DNA from: Myxococcales bacterium
GTDB taxonomy: Bacteria; Desulfobacterota; Binatia; UTPRO1; JBBIJE01
Length of the DNA stretch: 64,000 bases
NCBI GenBank assembly: GCA_037446155.1
Contig: JBBIJE010000002.1
Span: 9,171-73,170, forward strand
Direction: 5' to 3'
Shown here: piece by piece, positions 18,418 to 28,130 of the stretch
Layout of the letters: every line of letters starts with the position of its first letter
How positions within the stretch are numbered: the stretch's first letter is position 1
The notes under the pieces: generated by a model
Databases searched by the model: none
What the model saw: the letters and a program-made list of their open reading frames with translations, nothing else
Told to the model about the DNA's origin: nothing
Translations under genes and position numbers: made by a program

Positions 18418-18700
18418 CCTCGGGCTTTTTGTCTGCGGGAGGCTCGCCCCGAGTTGCCGACTCGCCCCCTTTCGTGGGCGTCGCTTTTGCCGCCGACCCT
18501 CCCGCCTCGCCTTTCTCCGCTTCCCGTTCCGCCTCGGCAATGGCGGTTCGCACCTGGGTTTCGACATCCCTGGCTGCTTTGCGAAACTCGGCCAGCCCTT
18601 TTCCCAGGCTTCGCGCAACCTCGGGAAGCCTTTTTGGCCCGAGGACCAAAAGCGCCACTACGAGGATAACGATGAGCTCGGGAAGGCCAATGGGTCCCAT
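18392..18700 (-). CDS. tatA: Twin-arginine translocase subunit TatA/E
   Basis: MGPIGLPELIVILVVALLVLGPKRLPEVARSLGKGLAEFRKA is a typical TatA TM plus amphipathic helix, followed by a charged, low-complexity tail. Confidence 0.85.
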   Translation of the reverse strand: MGPIGLPELIVILVVALLVLGPKRLPEVARSLGKGLAEFRKAARDVETQVRTAIAEAEREAEKGEAGGSAAKATPTKGGESATRGEPPADKKPEATPGGGGG

Positions 18701-18830
18701 TCAAGAGCTATCCAATCAGGCGCGGCCTGCGAGACCGCCCGAGGTACCCAAGACAATGAAGAGCCAAAGCCCGCCAAACCTCCCTGACGAGTCCGCCGGC
18801 TGGGCAGGCGCGCGCCCGGCGCTCGCCCCG

Positions 18831-19073
18831 CTACTGGCCACCCCCGGCCCGCCCCTTCTCCTTGGACTTCTCCCCTCCCTTTTCGCTCTCCTGATTCGAG
18901 GAGCCTCCTTGCGCGGAAGGAGTCACGTCGATTGCGTCGTCGCGCAGGCCCTTGCGAAAAGCCGTAATCCCCTTGCCCAACCCGCTCATGAGCTCGGGTA
19001 CGCGAGAGGCGCCAAAGAGGAGAAGGACGATCAAGAGAATCACCAAAAGCTCGGGTAAGCCGAGGCCGAACAT
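18831..19073 (-). CDS. Second TatA/TatB-family translocase subunit
   Basis: [42 protein letters not shown]; paralog of the adjacent tatA. Confidence 0.8.
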   Translation of the reverse strand: MFGLGLPELLVILLIVLLLFGASRVPELMSGLGKGITAFRKGLRDDAIDVTPSAQGGSSNQESEKGGEKSKEKGRAGGGQ

Positions 19074-19193
19074 TTACCGACACCTCCAGAGCCGCAACAT
19101 ATCAGGAAGAACCAGCAGGCACAACCACCCGGGATTCGGCCGGCGACAACGCCGCGCGCCGCCGCCTTCGACCACGCTTGCTCGCAAGCGGCC

Positions 19194-20024
19194 CTAGAGC
19201 CGCGGCCGCCTAAACGTCCTTTTACGCACGCATCTGCTGTCTAAGGCCCTGCCGCTTCCCCCTTCGCTTATGACGCGCATCATTACCGCGGGCGCCGTTA
19301 CCTCTACTCCACCCAGTACGCTCACCCCCCGCTCGAAGAGAGGCTCCGGCACCACGCTCGCTGTAGGGCCTACCACCGCTACTTCGCGCGCCCGCCCGCA
19401 CATGGGCAAAAGGCCGTCGAGCGACCCGTTGGCGAGGGCCGAGCCGGTGATGATCACGAGCGTGGAGACCCCGAGAAGCTCCGCCGCCTCCTCCTCCCGG
19501 CGAAGCCACCGCCGATGCTCATCCCTTACCATCGAGGAATCGCGCTCGAAAAGGTAAAGCTCCCGAACCCGCCCTTCGAGCCGCACGAGATAGGGCGTCA
19601 TCGCCCCCACGAGGCTCACGACGTCATCGGCCTCGGGGTGCAGAAGCTCGAAAGGATCCGCCGGCGCACCGGCGGCGTCGAATGCCTGGGGCCTTGGATT
19701 CTCTACGAGAACGTGGTTGCAGAGAGCGTTTAGAACCGCCATGCTGGCGGACCACAGGAGAGGGTCATCTTCGCCGCGAAGGGCGAGGAGCTCGAAGGCC
19801 GCCCTTTCGCAAAACGAGCCCGGCTCCGGCAAACCCCGGGAGGGTAAAGGGCAACACTGCCCCCTCGCCCTCTCCCCGTGCGAGACATACGCCAGTCCTG
19901 CCGATCCATCCTCGAGAACCGCTCCGGCCAGATAGACCCCGATGCGCAGATCCGCCACCGCCGGCCACCCAGCGGGAGGACCGAGCTCTCTTCGCACGGC
20001 CTCTTCGATTTCCGCTAGTAGGCT
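19194..20024 (-). CDS. DUF4213/DUF364-like protein (Rossmann-like putative metal-chelation domain)
   Basis: C-terminal 276 codons of ORF 19194-20570. The N-terminal R/G-rich part overlaps the Crp gene in another frame, so I discount it. Likely TTG start overlapping the Crp TGA. Region MAVLNALCNHVLV...TLVIITGSALANGSLDGLL...VAVVGPTASVVPEPLFERGVSVLGG. Confidence 0.45.
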   Translation of the reverse strand, partial: SLLAEIEEAVRRELGPPAGWPAVADLRIGVYLAGAVLEDGSAGLAYVSHGERARGQCCPLPSRGLPEPGSFCERAAFELLALRGEDDPLLWSASMAVLNALCNHVLVENPRPQAFDAAGAPADPFELLHPEADDVVSLVGAMTPYLVRLEGRVRELYLFERDSSMVRDEHRRWLRREEEAAELLGVSTLVIITGSALANGSLDGLLPMCGRAREVAVVGPTASVVPEPLFERGVSVLGGVEVTAPAVMMRVISEGGSGRALDSRCVRKRTFRRPRL

Positions 20025-20881
20025 CAACCCGCCGCCAAGCGCTCCAGCCGCGGGCGGTCGAGGATGGTCAACCGTCCACGCCCCGTCGCTATGACCTTTT
20101 TCTGCTTGAGCTTTCCGAGCAGGCGAATGACCGTCTCGGTCGCGACTCCTATGGCCTCCGCCAGCTCCCGGCGGCTGAGCGGCAAGATCAGCCGGTTCGC
20201 CTGCGCCGGATCCACGGCTCGATCCCCGAGCTGCAAGATCAGCGTGGCCAGTCGCGCCTCGGCCGATTTGAACGCGAGATCGTGAATCGCCAACCGGCTC
20301 GCCCGCAGCGCTTGGGAGAGCTGCGAGATGGTACGCATTGCCACAAGCGGCTGTTTCCGCACCAGTTCCATGAAACCGGCCCAGGGCAGGAACGATACCT
20401 GCGAATCCGTAAGCGCCTCGGCGGTGAGGGTAAGGACGCTCTTGGGCTCGATCGAAACCTCCCCCAGCAGCTCTCCCGGCCAGCACACGTGCACGATATG
20501 CTCCTCCCCCATTCGCCCGGTTCGCGACAACTTGACGGCGCCGTCGCAAAGGATATAGACGCCGAGACAAGGGCTACCCTCCCGAAAGATCGACTGATGG
20601 CGGCGGTAAAGCACGGTGGTCGCAAGCTCCAGGAAGGCCTCGAGGTCTTCCGGCGGCAGGTCGCAGAGAATACCGGTGTGGCGTACCTCGCAATGGTTGC
20701 AGGCTATTTTTTGCCGCGGCCTGCGGCCGCCGGATAGGGCGGACCGAGAGGGGGGCTGAGCCTCTTTGAGCGGCAAGCGCACCGTCACCGCGGGCCGCTT
20801 GCCTATTGGCGATGGCGGGCGAGAACCTGACGACTCTTTCATCTGATCACACGGCCTGTCCGGCCCCCTCTTTTCTAGCAC
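20024..20881 (-). CDS. Crp/Fnr-family transcriptional regulator with N-terminal Cys cluster (FNR-like sensor)
   Basis: cNMP-binding-like core (YRRHQSIFREGSPCLGVYILCDGAVKLS) and a Crp-type HTH (SRRELAEAIGVATETVIRLLGKLKQKKVI). N-terminal CNHCEVRHTGILC (C-x2-C-x8-C). Start is either GTG at 20881 or the internal MKESS. Confidence 0.85.
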   Translation of the reverse strand: MLEKRGPDRPCDQMKESSGSRPPSPIGKRPAVTVRLPLKEAQPPSRSALSGGRRPRQKIACNHCEVRHTGILCDLPPEDLEAFLELATTVLYRRHQSIFREGSPCLGVYILCDGAVKLSRTGRMGEEHIVHVCWPGELLGEVSIEPKSVLTLTAEALTDSQVSFLPWAGFMELVRKQPLVAMRTISQLSQALRASRLAIHDLAFKSAEARLATLILQLGDRAVDPAQANRLILPLSRRELAEAIGVATETVIRLLGKLKQKKVIATGRGRLTILDRPRLERLAAG

Positions 20882-20989
20882 GCGCCGGCGCCCACCGCTA
20901 GCACGCTTTCCGGTTCCGCAGGTGGTTTCTTGAGGCCAGTTTTGGGTGTACTAACGACGAACGGCCGATCTGCAATTTTGGGAGGTATG

Positions 20990-21796
20990 GAAATGAGCGC
21001 CAAGGTTATAACTGAGCGCAGGGGACACATCTGGATCGTCACGATCAACCGGCCCGAGCAGATGAACTGCGTCGACGGGGAGACAGCGCAGATGCTGGAG
21101 CAGGCGTGGAAGACCTTTCGGGACGACGACGACCTCTTCGTCGCCGTCTTGACCGGAGCGGGGGACGCGGCCTTTTGCGCGGGTGCCGATCTCAAGAATC
21201 TCGCAAGCCTCGGACCGCCCGCGCACGCTTCGGCCCACCAGCGGCGCCGCTTCATAACCAACGGCCCCGGTTATATGGGCTACACTCGGCAGACCGACAT
21301 CTTCAAGCCCATCATCTGTGCGGTCAACGGATACGCCTTCGCCGGCGGCCTGGAGCTCGCCTGCCTGGGCGATATCAGGGTCGCCAGTGAAAACGCCGAA
21401 TTTTGGGTGGCCTGCCGGCGTTGGAACGTGCCCTTGCTCGACGGCGGAACGCAACGGCTTCCGCGCATCGTAGGCATGGGGTGGGCGATGGAACTCATCG
21501 TCTTGGGCAAGAGAATCGATGCCCGCGAGGCGTATCGCATCGGGCTGGCGAACGAGGTCGTGCCGCGCGGAAAGGCCCTCGAGCGAGCCCTGGAGCTGGC
21601 CGAACAGATCTGCGCCTATCCCCAGGGCGCGATAAGGACCGACAAGCAGGCGGCTCTGATGGGCTTCGGCCGCCCCTTGGAAGAGGGCTTGCGGATCGAA
21701 TGCGAGGTCGGACAAACGGCGCTTCAAACGCACGACATTCGAGAAGGCGTAGAGGCGTTCGTGCAAAAGCGCCCTGCGACCTTTCGTCACGATTGA
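20990..21796 (+). CDS. Enoyl-CoA hydratase/isomerase (crotonase family)
   Basis: ITINRPEQMNCV...AFCAGADL...AVNGYAFAGGLELA crotonase-fold motifs. Start MEMSAK within ORF 20930-21796. Confidence 0.85.
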   Translation, partial: EMSAKVITERRGHIWIVTINRPEQMNCVDGETAQMLEQAWKTFRDDDDLFVAVLTGAGDAAFCAGADLKNLASLGPPAHASAHQRRRFITNGPGYMGYTRQTDIFKPIICAVNGYAFAGGLELACLGDIRVASENAEFWVACRRWNVPLLDGGTQRLPRIVGMGWAMELIVLGKRIDAREAYRIGLANEVVPRGKALERALELAEQICAYPQGAIRTDKQAALMGFGRPLEEGLRIECEVGQTALQTHDIREGVEAFVQKRPATFRHD

Positions 21797-22631
21797 AGGG
21801 ATCGGCTTTGCGAGGACAGCTTCGAGCGGTAGCGCTCCTTGACCTTTTTGCCGCGTCGCTCGAGAAGCGGCACCATGAGCTTCCTGAGCCTGGGGAACAG
21901 GTTGCCCACGGTGGCGAGATAACCCGTCGCGACCGGGATGGTTCGCTCCGGGCGCCCGTCCTTGGCGGACATCAAGACCAGCCTCGCCACCTCCTCGGCG
22001 CTACTCATCGGGTTGGCGAAAATGAGATCGGGGACATGGTCCAGGTCGCCTAGGATAAAGTCGGTGGCGACCGGTCCCGGCGAGACCACGCTGGCGTGGA
22101 TACCGCTGCCCTCGAGCTCCGCGCTAAGCGCGAACGTGAAAGCTCTGAGCCCAGCCTTGGTCGCGCAGTACACCGCCTCGTGGGCCACTGGAACTTTGCC
22201 CGCGATCGAGGCGACGTTCACGATGCTGCCACCTCCCCTCTCGCGCATCCGCGGCAGCGCAAGGCGTGCGAGCACTATCGGAGCGCTCAAGTTGACCGCC
22301 ACTTCGGCCGCCAGTTGATCTGCCTCGAATCTTTCGATCGGCCCCCGAAAGTTGACACCCGCGTTGTTGACCAAGATGTCCAGGCCGCCGAAGCGGCGGT
22401 GGGCTTCTTCCACCACCCGACGGCAGGCCTCCAGCGACGAGACATCCGCTACGACCGCGGCCGCCCTGCCGCCCCTGGCATCGATCTCGCTTGCTACGGC
22501 CTCCAGCACCTCCCGGCGCCTCGCCACCAGAACGACCGCCGCCCCCTCGGCGGCGAAAAGCCTGGCGCAGGCCGCTCCGATCCCCGAGGAGGCCCCGGTA
22601 ACTAGCACCACCTTGCCGTCGAAATCGCCCA
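21787..22631 (-). CDS. Short-chain dehydrogenase/reductase (SDR)
   Basis: GKVVLVTGASSGIGAA ... NNAGV ... Y..K SDR motifs. Probable TTG start at 22631 (GGGGGA upstream) within ORF 21787-22815. Confidence 0.8.
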
Positions 22632-22643
22632 AGCGGCTTCCCC

Positions 22644-23687
22644 CTATGGCTCTATCGCGATCTTGATCACGCCTTCTCGCCGCTCGCGAAACAACTCGTA
22701 GGCTTGGCAAATATCCGCAAGCCTCATCGTGTGGGTCCAAAGTGGCGTGAGATCGATCCGCCCGCAGCAAATAATCTCGATCATCCGGGCAAGCCGCGCC
22801 GGACCGCATGGACAAAGGGTGGTCACGTACCGCCGATGGTAAAAGCGCGTGGGATCGACGGGGATGGACAGGTTCGAAGGCAAGGCCCCGTAGGCCCCCA
22901 AACCGGAAATCGTGCCCCCCGGTCGCGTCACCTGAAAGCAGCCCGCCAACGCCGCTTCCTTACCCACCGCCTCCACCGCCACATCCACTCCATCTCCCGT
23001 CATGGATAGGATCTCCGCCACGGGGTCGCACTCCTCGGGATTGAGCACCATGTCCGCGCCAAGCCGCCTCGACATCGCGCATCTTTCCGGCACCGATTCC
23101 ACGGCTATTATCATCCCAGCGCCCAAAGCCTTGGCTGCGGCCGTGACGCACAACCCGAGCGGCCCCTGGGCGAAGATGGCCACGCGGTCTCCCACCCGAA
23201 GCGGCGCCCGCTCCAGGACGCCGATGGCGGTGGACATGATATCCGTGGCGAAAAGCACTTGGCGGTCCTCGAGTTCCCGCGGAATCTTGAAGAGATTCGC
23301 CTGTGCGTAAGGCACGAGGAGATATTCGGCCTGGCAGCCGTGGATCAGCATCCCGAAGCGATAGGCCCCCCCTTCGGTGGTGCAGATCTCCGGGTTTCCC
23401 GAAAGACACTGCGGGCACTGGCCGCAGGGAGTAAGACACGAAGTCAATACCCGGTCCCCCTTCTCGAAGCCGGTCACGCCCTCTCCGACCTCCTCGACGA
23501 CACCAGTCATCTCGTGGCCCATGACGACCCCAGAGATGGGAGTTTCGAGAACGTGCAAATCGGTCCCGCAGATCGTTGTAAGGGTTACCTTGAGAAGCGC
23601 CTGGCCAGGGCCGGGCAGAGGTCGCTCGAGATCCTGCAATTCGACCTTGCCTATGTCCACATGCACGCATCCGGTCATCTTGGCCAT
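22644..23687 (-). CDS. Zn-dependent alcohol dehydrogenase (MDR family)
   Basis: ICGTDLHV...GHEMTGVVEEVG plus structural-Zn Cys CLTPCGQCPQCLSG. Rossmann GPLGLCVTAAAKALGAG. Start MAKMTGC. Confidence 0.85.
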   Translation of the reverse strand: MAKMTGCVHVDIGKVELQDLERPLPGPGQALLKVTLTTICGTDLHVLETPISGVVMGHEMTGVVEEVGEGVTGFEKGDRVLTSCLTPCGQCPQCLSGNPEICTTEGGAYRFGMLIHGCQAEYLLVPYAQANLFKIPRELEDRQVLFATDIMSTAIGVLERAPLRVGDRVAIFAQGPLGLCVTAAAKALGAGMIIAVESVPERCAMSRRLGADMVLNPEECDPVAEILSMTGDGVDVAVEAVGKEAALAGCFQVTRPGGTISGLGAYGALPSNLSIPVDPTRFYHRRYVTTLCPCGPARLARMIEIICCGRIDLTPLWTHTMRLADICQAYELFRERREGVIKIAIEP

Positions 23688-23808
23688 GATCGGTCTCCTC
23701 TCGTGCCGAACTGTGCCCGCCACCTCGTAGCATCACAGCCCTAAACAGTCCATAGCGGAAGCTCCTCGAGCCCCCAGGCGGCACCTGCGCGGCGCCCCCG
23801 GCTCAGAC

Positions 23809-24684
23809 CTACCGGTTCGCTCTCCTCCAGGCCGGCCTTCTAGTAGGGGGTGTCTGGCGACCCAAGAGTCGCCGCAGCACCTTGAGGTTCTCGCGATCGG
23901 CGAAGCCATCGCCCTGCTTCGGGGTCTCCAGGATCTTGGGCACCCGCGCGAGCCTGGGATCGTTTACCAGCCGCCAGAAGGCCGACAGGCCGATGGTGCC
24001 CAGACCGATGTGCTCGTGCCTGTCGCGGTGGCTGCCCAACGGCAACTTGCAATCGTTCAAGTGCACCGCTGCGATCGAATCCATGCCGAGCAGAGCATCC
24101 CACTCGGCCAATGTCGCCTCGTAGCCACCCGCTTCCCGCAGATCGTAGCCGGCGGCAAAGGCGTGGCAGGTATCGAAACAAAAGGCGATCGAGTCCGGAT
24201 CTCGAACCAGATCCCTGATCGCCGCAAGCTGCGCGAACCTGTATCCGATACTTGTCCCCTGGCCCGCGCTGTTCTCCAGGAGGATCTTGACGCCCAAGGA
24301 CGCGGCTTGGCCGGTGACCTCATCGAGGCTTCGAGCCGCACGGCGGATGGCGAAGCGCTCCCCCGCCCCCCCGTGGCAGCCCGCGTGCACTACGAGCCCG
24401 CCGATGCCGAGCCGCCCGCAGCGGCCGACCTCGTCGAGAAGCGCCCGAATCGAGCGGCGCAGAATCCGCCCGTCGGGAGCACAGAGGTTTATGAGATAGC
24501 CGGCGTGTGCCAGGCAGCTAGAGATCTTGGCCTGCTCGAGCCGCGCACGAAAAAGGTCGGCCCGCTCCTGCCCGATCGGCTTTGCCTTCCAACGCGCGTT
24601 GTTGCCGGTAAAAATCTGGATCGCCCGGCACCCAACCTCTCGGCCGCGCCCAGGCGCCTTTTCCACCCCTCCGGCAATCGACAT
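23809..24684 (-). CDS. nfo: Endonuclease IV (AP endonuclease family 2)
   Basis: Start MSIAGG. HAGYLINL, LENSAGQG and CFDTCHAFAAGYD resemble the Nfo metal-binding signatures. Confidence 0.85.
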   Translation of the reverse strand: MSIAGGVEKAPGRGREVGCRAIQIFTGNNARWKAKPIGQERADLFRARLEQAKISSCLAHAGYLINLCAPDGRILRRSIRALLDEVGRCGRLGIGGLVVHAGCHGGAGERFAIRRAARSLDEVTGQAASLGVKILLENSAGQGTSIGYRFAQLAAIRDLVRDPDSIAFCFDTCHAFAAGYDLREAGGYEATLAEWDALLGMDSIAAVHLNDCKLPLGSHRDRHEHIGLGTIGLSAFWRLVNDPRLARVPKILETPKQGDGFADRENLKVLRRLLGRQTPPTRRPAWRRANR

Positions 24685-24823
24685 GTGAGCCCCGAGAAGG
24701 TCGGCTCCCTGTCGCCCGACTTCGCCATCCATCTCGACTGGTGAGCCTATCCCGGCGCCCCGGCGCGATCCAGCCCCGCCCCGAAAAAGACCGCGGCAGA
24801 GATAACCCCGCCCTTTGCCCCGG

Positions 24824-25153
24824 CTAAGAGGCCCCTTCGGCGTGCCGCCTCAAGTACTCGAGAAGCACCCGCTCCTCCTCGCGATCGAGCGCCACCTTGG
24901 CGCCGCGCTTGGCCCCCAGAACATGCATGCGCAAGTTGATCTCCCAAGTAGCCGACGTCATGGAGCCCGGGGCGAAGAGGCGATGACACTGCGAGCATCT
25001 TTGCCGGTAGAGAATCGCGCCCGGGGAATCCGGCTCGGGCAGCCTCGGGCCACACGACGCGGCGAGCCCAACGAGAAGGAGAGCGGCCCAGAGCCCAGGT
25101 GACCGTAGCCGAAGCGCGGCCCTCCATTTTGCCTCCGCTTCTCGACGAGCCAT
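24824..25153 (-). CDS. Small monoheme c-type cytochrome lipoprotein
   Basis: Start MARREAE. Signal peptide with lipobox LAASC. Single CSQCH plus candidate Met ligand (GSMTSATW). ORF extends to 25294 with a less likely start. Confidence 0.55.
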   Translation of the reverse strand: MARREAEAKWRAALRLRSPGLWAALLLVGLAASCGPRLPEPDSPGAILYRQRCSQCHRLFAPGSMTSATWEINLRMHVLGAKRGAKVALDREEERVLLEYLRRHAEGAS

Positions 25154-25226
25154 CCTGGTTTGACCCAGCCCCACCCACACCATTAGAATGCCTTCGATTC
25201 TTACACGACCCAGGAGGTGAGCACCA

Positions 25227-26768
25227 GTGATCATGGATATCGGACCGGCCGCCAACGCGCGCAACTTTCCCGATCGCACGGCCGTCGTTTTCAAGGAGGT
25301 ACGCTACACGTGGGCGCAGTGGAACAGCCGCATAAATCGGCTCGCTAACGCCCTTCTTCGCATCGGCCTTTCGCCCGGGGACAAGTGCGCCATGATGCTC
25401 AACAACTGCCATCAGTTCTTGGAGGTCATGCTGGCGAGCAGCAAGATCGGGGTTCTCGCGGTCCCGATGAGCTACCGCCTGCGCGCCCGGGAGATAGAGT
25501 ACGTACTTGCAAACTCCGACGCCCAAGCCTTCGTCTTCGAGCCACACTTCCTGAGCGAGGTACAGGCTGCCCTCGAGGGCCTCGCGCGCTTCCCCAAGGA
25601 GCGGCTGATCACGATAGGAGAGTCGGACAGAGCCGGCGGGCTCTCTTACGAAGCCCTGCTTGCGGACTCCGGCGAGGCCGAACCGCCAGGCGATGCGGGC
25701 CAGGCCCTGAACGCCATGATCTATACCTCCGGCACGACGGGCAATCCCAAGGGGGTTTACCGCACCAACGGGGTCGATCCCTCGATCGTAATGGGTATAA
25801 TCCAGGCCTTTTCGCTCATGCCGGGGGAGGTACACCTGGTTCCCGCGCCTCTCTACCATAGCGCTCCCACCCTGGGGTCGGTTTTGGCCATCGCCCTGGG
25901 CGGCACCGTGGTGATCATGCCGAGGTTCGACCCGATCGAGTTTCTCGAAGCCATCGAGCGCGAGCGCGTCACCTCGGCTATGGTAGTCCCCACCATAGTC
26001 AAGCGGATACTGGCGCTTCCCGAGGAGGTGCGCGCTCGTTTCGACATAAGCTCCATGCGCGCGTTGATCGTCGGTGCCGCCCCCTTTCCCGTCGAGACGA
26101 AACGCGCCGCGGTAGCCTACTTCCGCGACTGCGTGTACGAGTACTACGGCTCGACCGACGCGGGATTGAACACGGTTCTCAAGCCGAGCGAGCAACTGGA
26201 GCGCCCGGCCAGTTGCGGCAAGGCCCTGCCGGGGCAGGATATAAAGATCTTCGACGACGAGGGTAACGAACTGCCCCCCGGCGTGCAGGGCAACGTTTAC
26301 ATCGCAAGTCCCCTCGTCGCCGCCACGCAGTACTACAAGGATCCGGAGAAGACCAAGAGATCGCGCATTGGCGAGTACATGACCGTGGGGGACGTGGGCT
26401 ACCTCGACGAAGATGGTTATCTTTACATCTGCGACCGCAAGTCCGACATGGTGATCTCGGGAGGGGTGAATATCTACCCGGCCGAGATCGAGCAGGTGAT
26501 CCACGAACACCCGGCGGTCTTGGACGTCGCCGTGATCGGCGTTCCCAGCGAGGAATGGGGAGAGGAGCTCAAGGCGGTGGTGCAGCTAAAGCCCCAAGCC
26601 CGAGCGAGCGAAGAGGAGATCATCGACTTCTGCCGCCAGCGCCTGGCCGATTTCAAGCGCCCGCGGTCGGTCGATTTCGTCGCCGAGGTGCCCCGCAATC
26701 CCTCCGGCAAACTTCTCAAACGCGAGCTGCGGGAGCGCTACTGGGCGGGAAGGGAGCGAAGGGTCTGA
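25227..26768 (+). CDS. AMP-dependent acyl-CoA synthetase/ligase
   Basis: YTSGTTGNPKGV AMP-binding motif, GEYMTVGDVGYLDEDGYLYICDRKSDMVISGG, C-terminal PSGKLLKREL. Confidence 0.9.
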   Translation: MIMDIGPAANARNFPDRTAVVFKEVRYTWAQWNSRINRLANALLRIGLSPGDKCAMMLNNCHQFLEVMLASSKIGVLAVPMSYRLRAREIEYVLANSDAQAFVFEPHFLSEVQAALEGLARFPKERLITIGESDRAGGLSYEALLADSGEAEPPGDAGQALNAMIYTSGTTGNPKGVYRTNGVDPSIVMGIIQAFSLMPGEVHLVPAPLYHSAPTLGSVLAIALGGTVVIMPRFDPIEFLEAIERERVTSAMVVPTIVKRILALPEEVRARFDISSMRALIVGAAPFPVETKRAAVAYFRDCVYEYYGSTDAGLNTVLKPSEQLERPASCGKALPGQDIKIFDDEGNELPPGVQGNVYIASPLVAATQYYKDPEKTKRSRIGEYMTVGDVGYLDEDGYLYICDRKSDMVISGGVNIYPAEIEQVIHEHPAVLDVAVIGVPSEEWGEELKAVVQLKPQARASEEEIIDFCRQRLADFKRPRSVDFVAEVPRNPSGKLLKRELRERYWAGRERRV

Positions 26769-26855
26769 GGCCATCTTCCCCCCTCGCGCCGCAACTGCCG
26801 TTGCTCCGCCGATCCCTGGGCGCCCCCAAAAGAGGAATCGCCGTTTTGCCGAGGC

Positions 26856-27350
26856 CTACGTCAAGCGCACCCGGCAGTTGGCCGCCTGTCCGGTACTCTC
26901 TGCCACACCCACCTCCAATGACTCCAGGCCTTGGCGCATCCCGCTGCCAAGCTCCTCCTTGAGCCGGGTCGCGAGAAACCAAGCAAGCTCCTCCGCGGAG
27001 GTGTGCGCAATCGGAAGCAGGACGACGTCGGAGACCGGAAAGAGGAAACGCGAGCCGTCCCGGTGCACCACCTCCACGCTCTCGCCGAGTTCGCGAATGC
27101 TCAGGCAGTCGCTCCTCGCAGGAAGGAGGGTGCGCTCATCGAGCTCCCGGCACAGTCGCCTGCCCAAGTCTTTGACCAGGGCGAAGTCCATCACATAACC
27201 GTCCTCACCCAGGACGCCTTCCAGGCGAAGCGAAACCCGGTAGTTGTGCCCGTGCAGCCGCTCCCTGCCCTCTCCGTGGGCCATGAAATGAGCGGCGGAG
27301 AACTTGAGGTAATCCTTGGCTACCTGGATCGAAAATCTCTCGCCGGCCAC
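26856..27350 (-). CDS. 6-pyruvoyl-tetrahydropterin synthase / QueD-family protein
   Basis: FSAAHF...RLHGHNYRVSL resembles the PTPS/QueD Zn-binding His motif. 164 aa. Confidence 0.75.
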   Translation of the reverse strand: MAGERFSIQVAKDYLKFSAAHFMAHGEGRERLHGHNYRVSLRLEGVLGEDGYVMDFALVKDLGRRLCRELDERTLLPARSDCLSIRELGESVEVVHRDGSRFLFPVSDVVLLPIAHTSAEELAWFLATRLKEELGSGMRQGLESLEVGVAESTGQAANCRVRLT

Positions 27351-27357
27351 GCCATCC

Positions 27358-28053
27358 TCACCGTGCGCCCAGTGCTCGGAGAATGGACTCCATGTCGGTC
27401 CAATCGGGGAAGACCATGTCGGCGCCCAAGTCGGCCAAAGCAGAATAGGACGTGCGTCCGGTAGCGACCAGCATGGCGCGCATGCCGTTCGCCCGGGCGG
27501 CCGCGAGGTCCCTAGGGGTGTCTCCTACCACAACGCAACTTTCGGGCGGGATGCGCTCCCCCCAGTGTCGCTCCGCCCGCTTCCTCCCCAAATCGGCGAT
27601 CGCCGCGCGCTCGACATGATCGCTGCCGTACGCCCCCACGGCAAAGTACCGCGCCAGTCCGGCCGCTTGGAGCTTGATCGACGCAGCCAGCGCGAAATTA
27701 CCTGTCACCACGGCGAGCCGGTGCTGCGGGCTCGCTTCCAGCGCCTCGAGAATCTCCCGCACGCCTTTCTCCGGGCTGACGGTTATGGAGCCAGCCGCGA
27801 TCGCGGCGCGAAGACTGCGGCCGTGGACCTCTTCGAGCCGCTCGATTTCCGCCGCCGTCGCCACTCTCCCCGTTCCCAGCCGGCAGAGCACCTCTGTCAC
27901 GATGGCCTGGTCGGTCATCCCGTCGGTGCGAACCTCGCCAGGCTCGAAGCTCACTCCGAAGACCTCCCGCATCGCCTCGCTGAAGGCGCCGACGGCATTT
28001 GTCGCGTGGAGCAGGGTACCGTCGAGATCGAATAGTAGCAACGTGGTGCCCAC
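27358..28053 (-). CDS. HAD-superfamily hydrolase (phosphoglycolate-phosphatase-like)
   Basis: LLLFDLDGTLL motif I and the downstream VVGDTPRDLAAARANG motif IV. Confidence 0.8.
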   Translation of the reverse strand: MGTTLLLFDLDGTLLHATNAVGAFSEAMREVFGVSFEPGEVRTDGMTDQAIVTEVLCRLGTGRVATAAEIERLEEVHGRSLRAAIAAGSITVSPEKGVREILEALEASPQHRLAVVTGNFALAASIKLQAAGLARYFAVGAYGSDHVERAAIADLGRKRAERHWGERIPPESCVVVGDTPRDLAAARANGMRAMLVATGRTSYSALADLGADMVFPDWTDMESILRALGAR

Positions 28054-28130
28054 GGCGTCCCCAGCGCCGTCTCAGCCGCTCCCCAGGGCACCGGGACCGG
28101 CCCCAGCGATCGGCTCCGCCGGCAGACGAT

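Noticed and set aside
17652-19058. 468-aa + strand ORF spanning the TetR / tatA region
   Set aside because: It overlaps three confidently called genes and has Pro/Arg/Ser/Ala-rich low-complexity composition.
19194-20570. Full 458-aa ORF as a single gene
   Set aside because: The N-terminal ~180 codons are R/G-rich and overlap the Crp/Fnr gene on the same strand in another frame. Only the C-terminal ~276 codons (19194-20024) look like a real protein.
20882-20989. Possible FNR/CRP binding site in the Crp-crotonase divergent region (TGATCA at ~20850)
   Set aside because: It is only a 6-bp palindrome, lies inside the Crp coding region near its start, and does not match the TTGAT-N4-ATCAA consensus.
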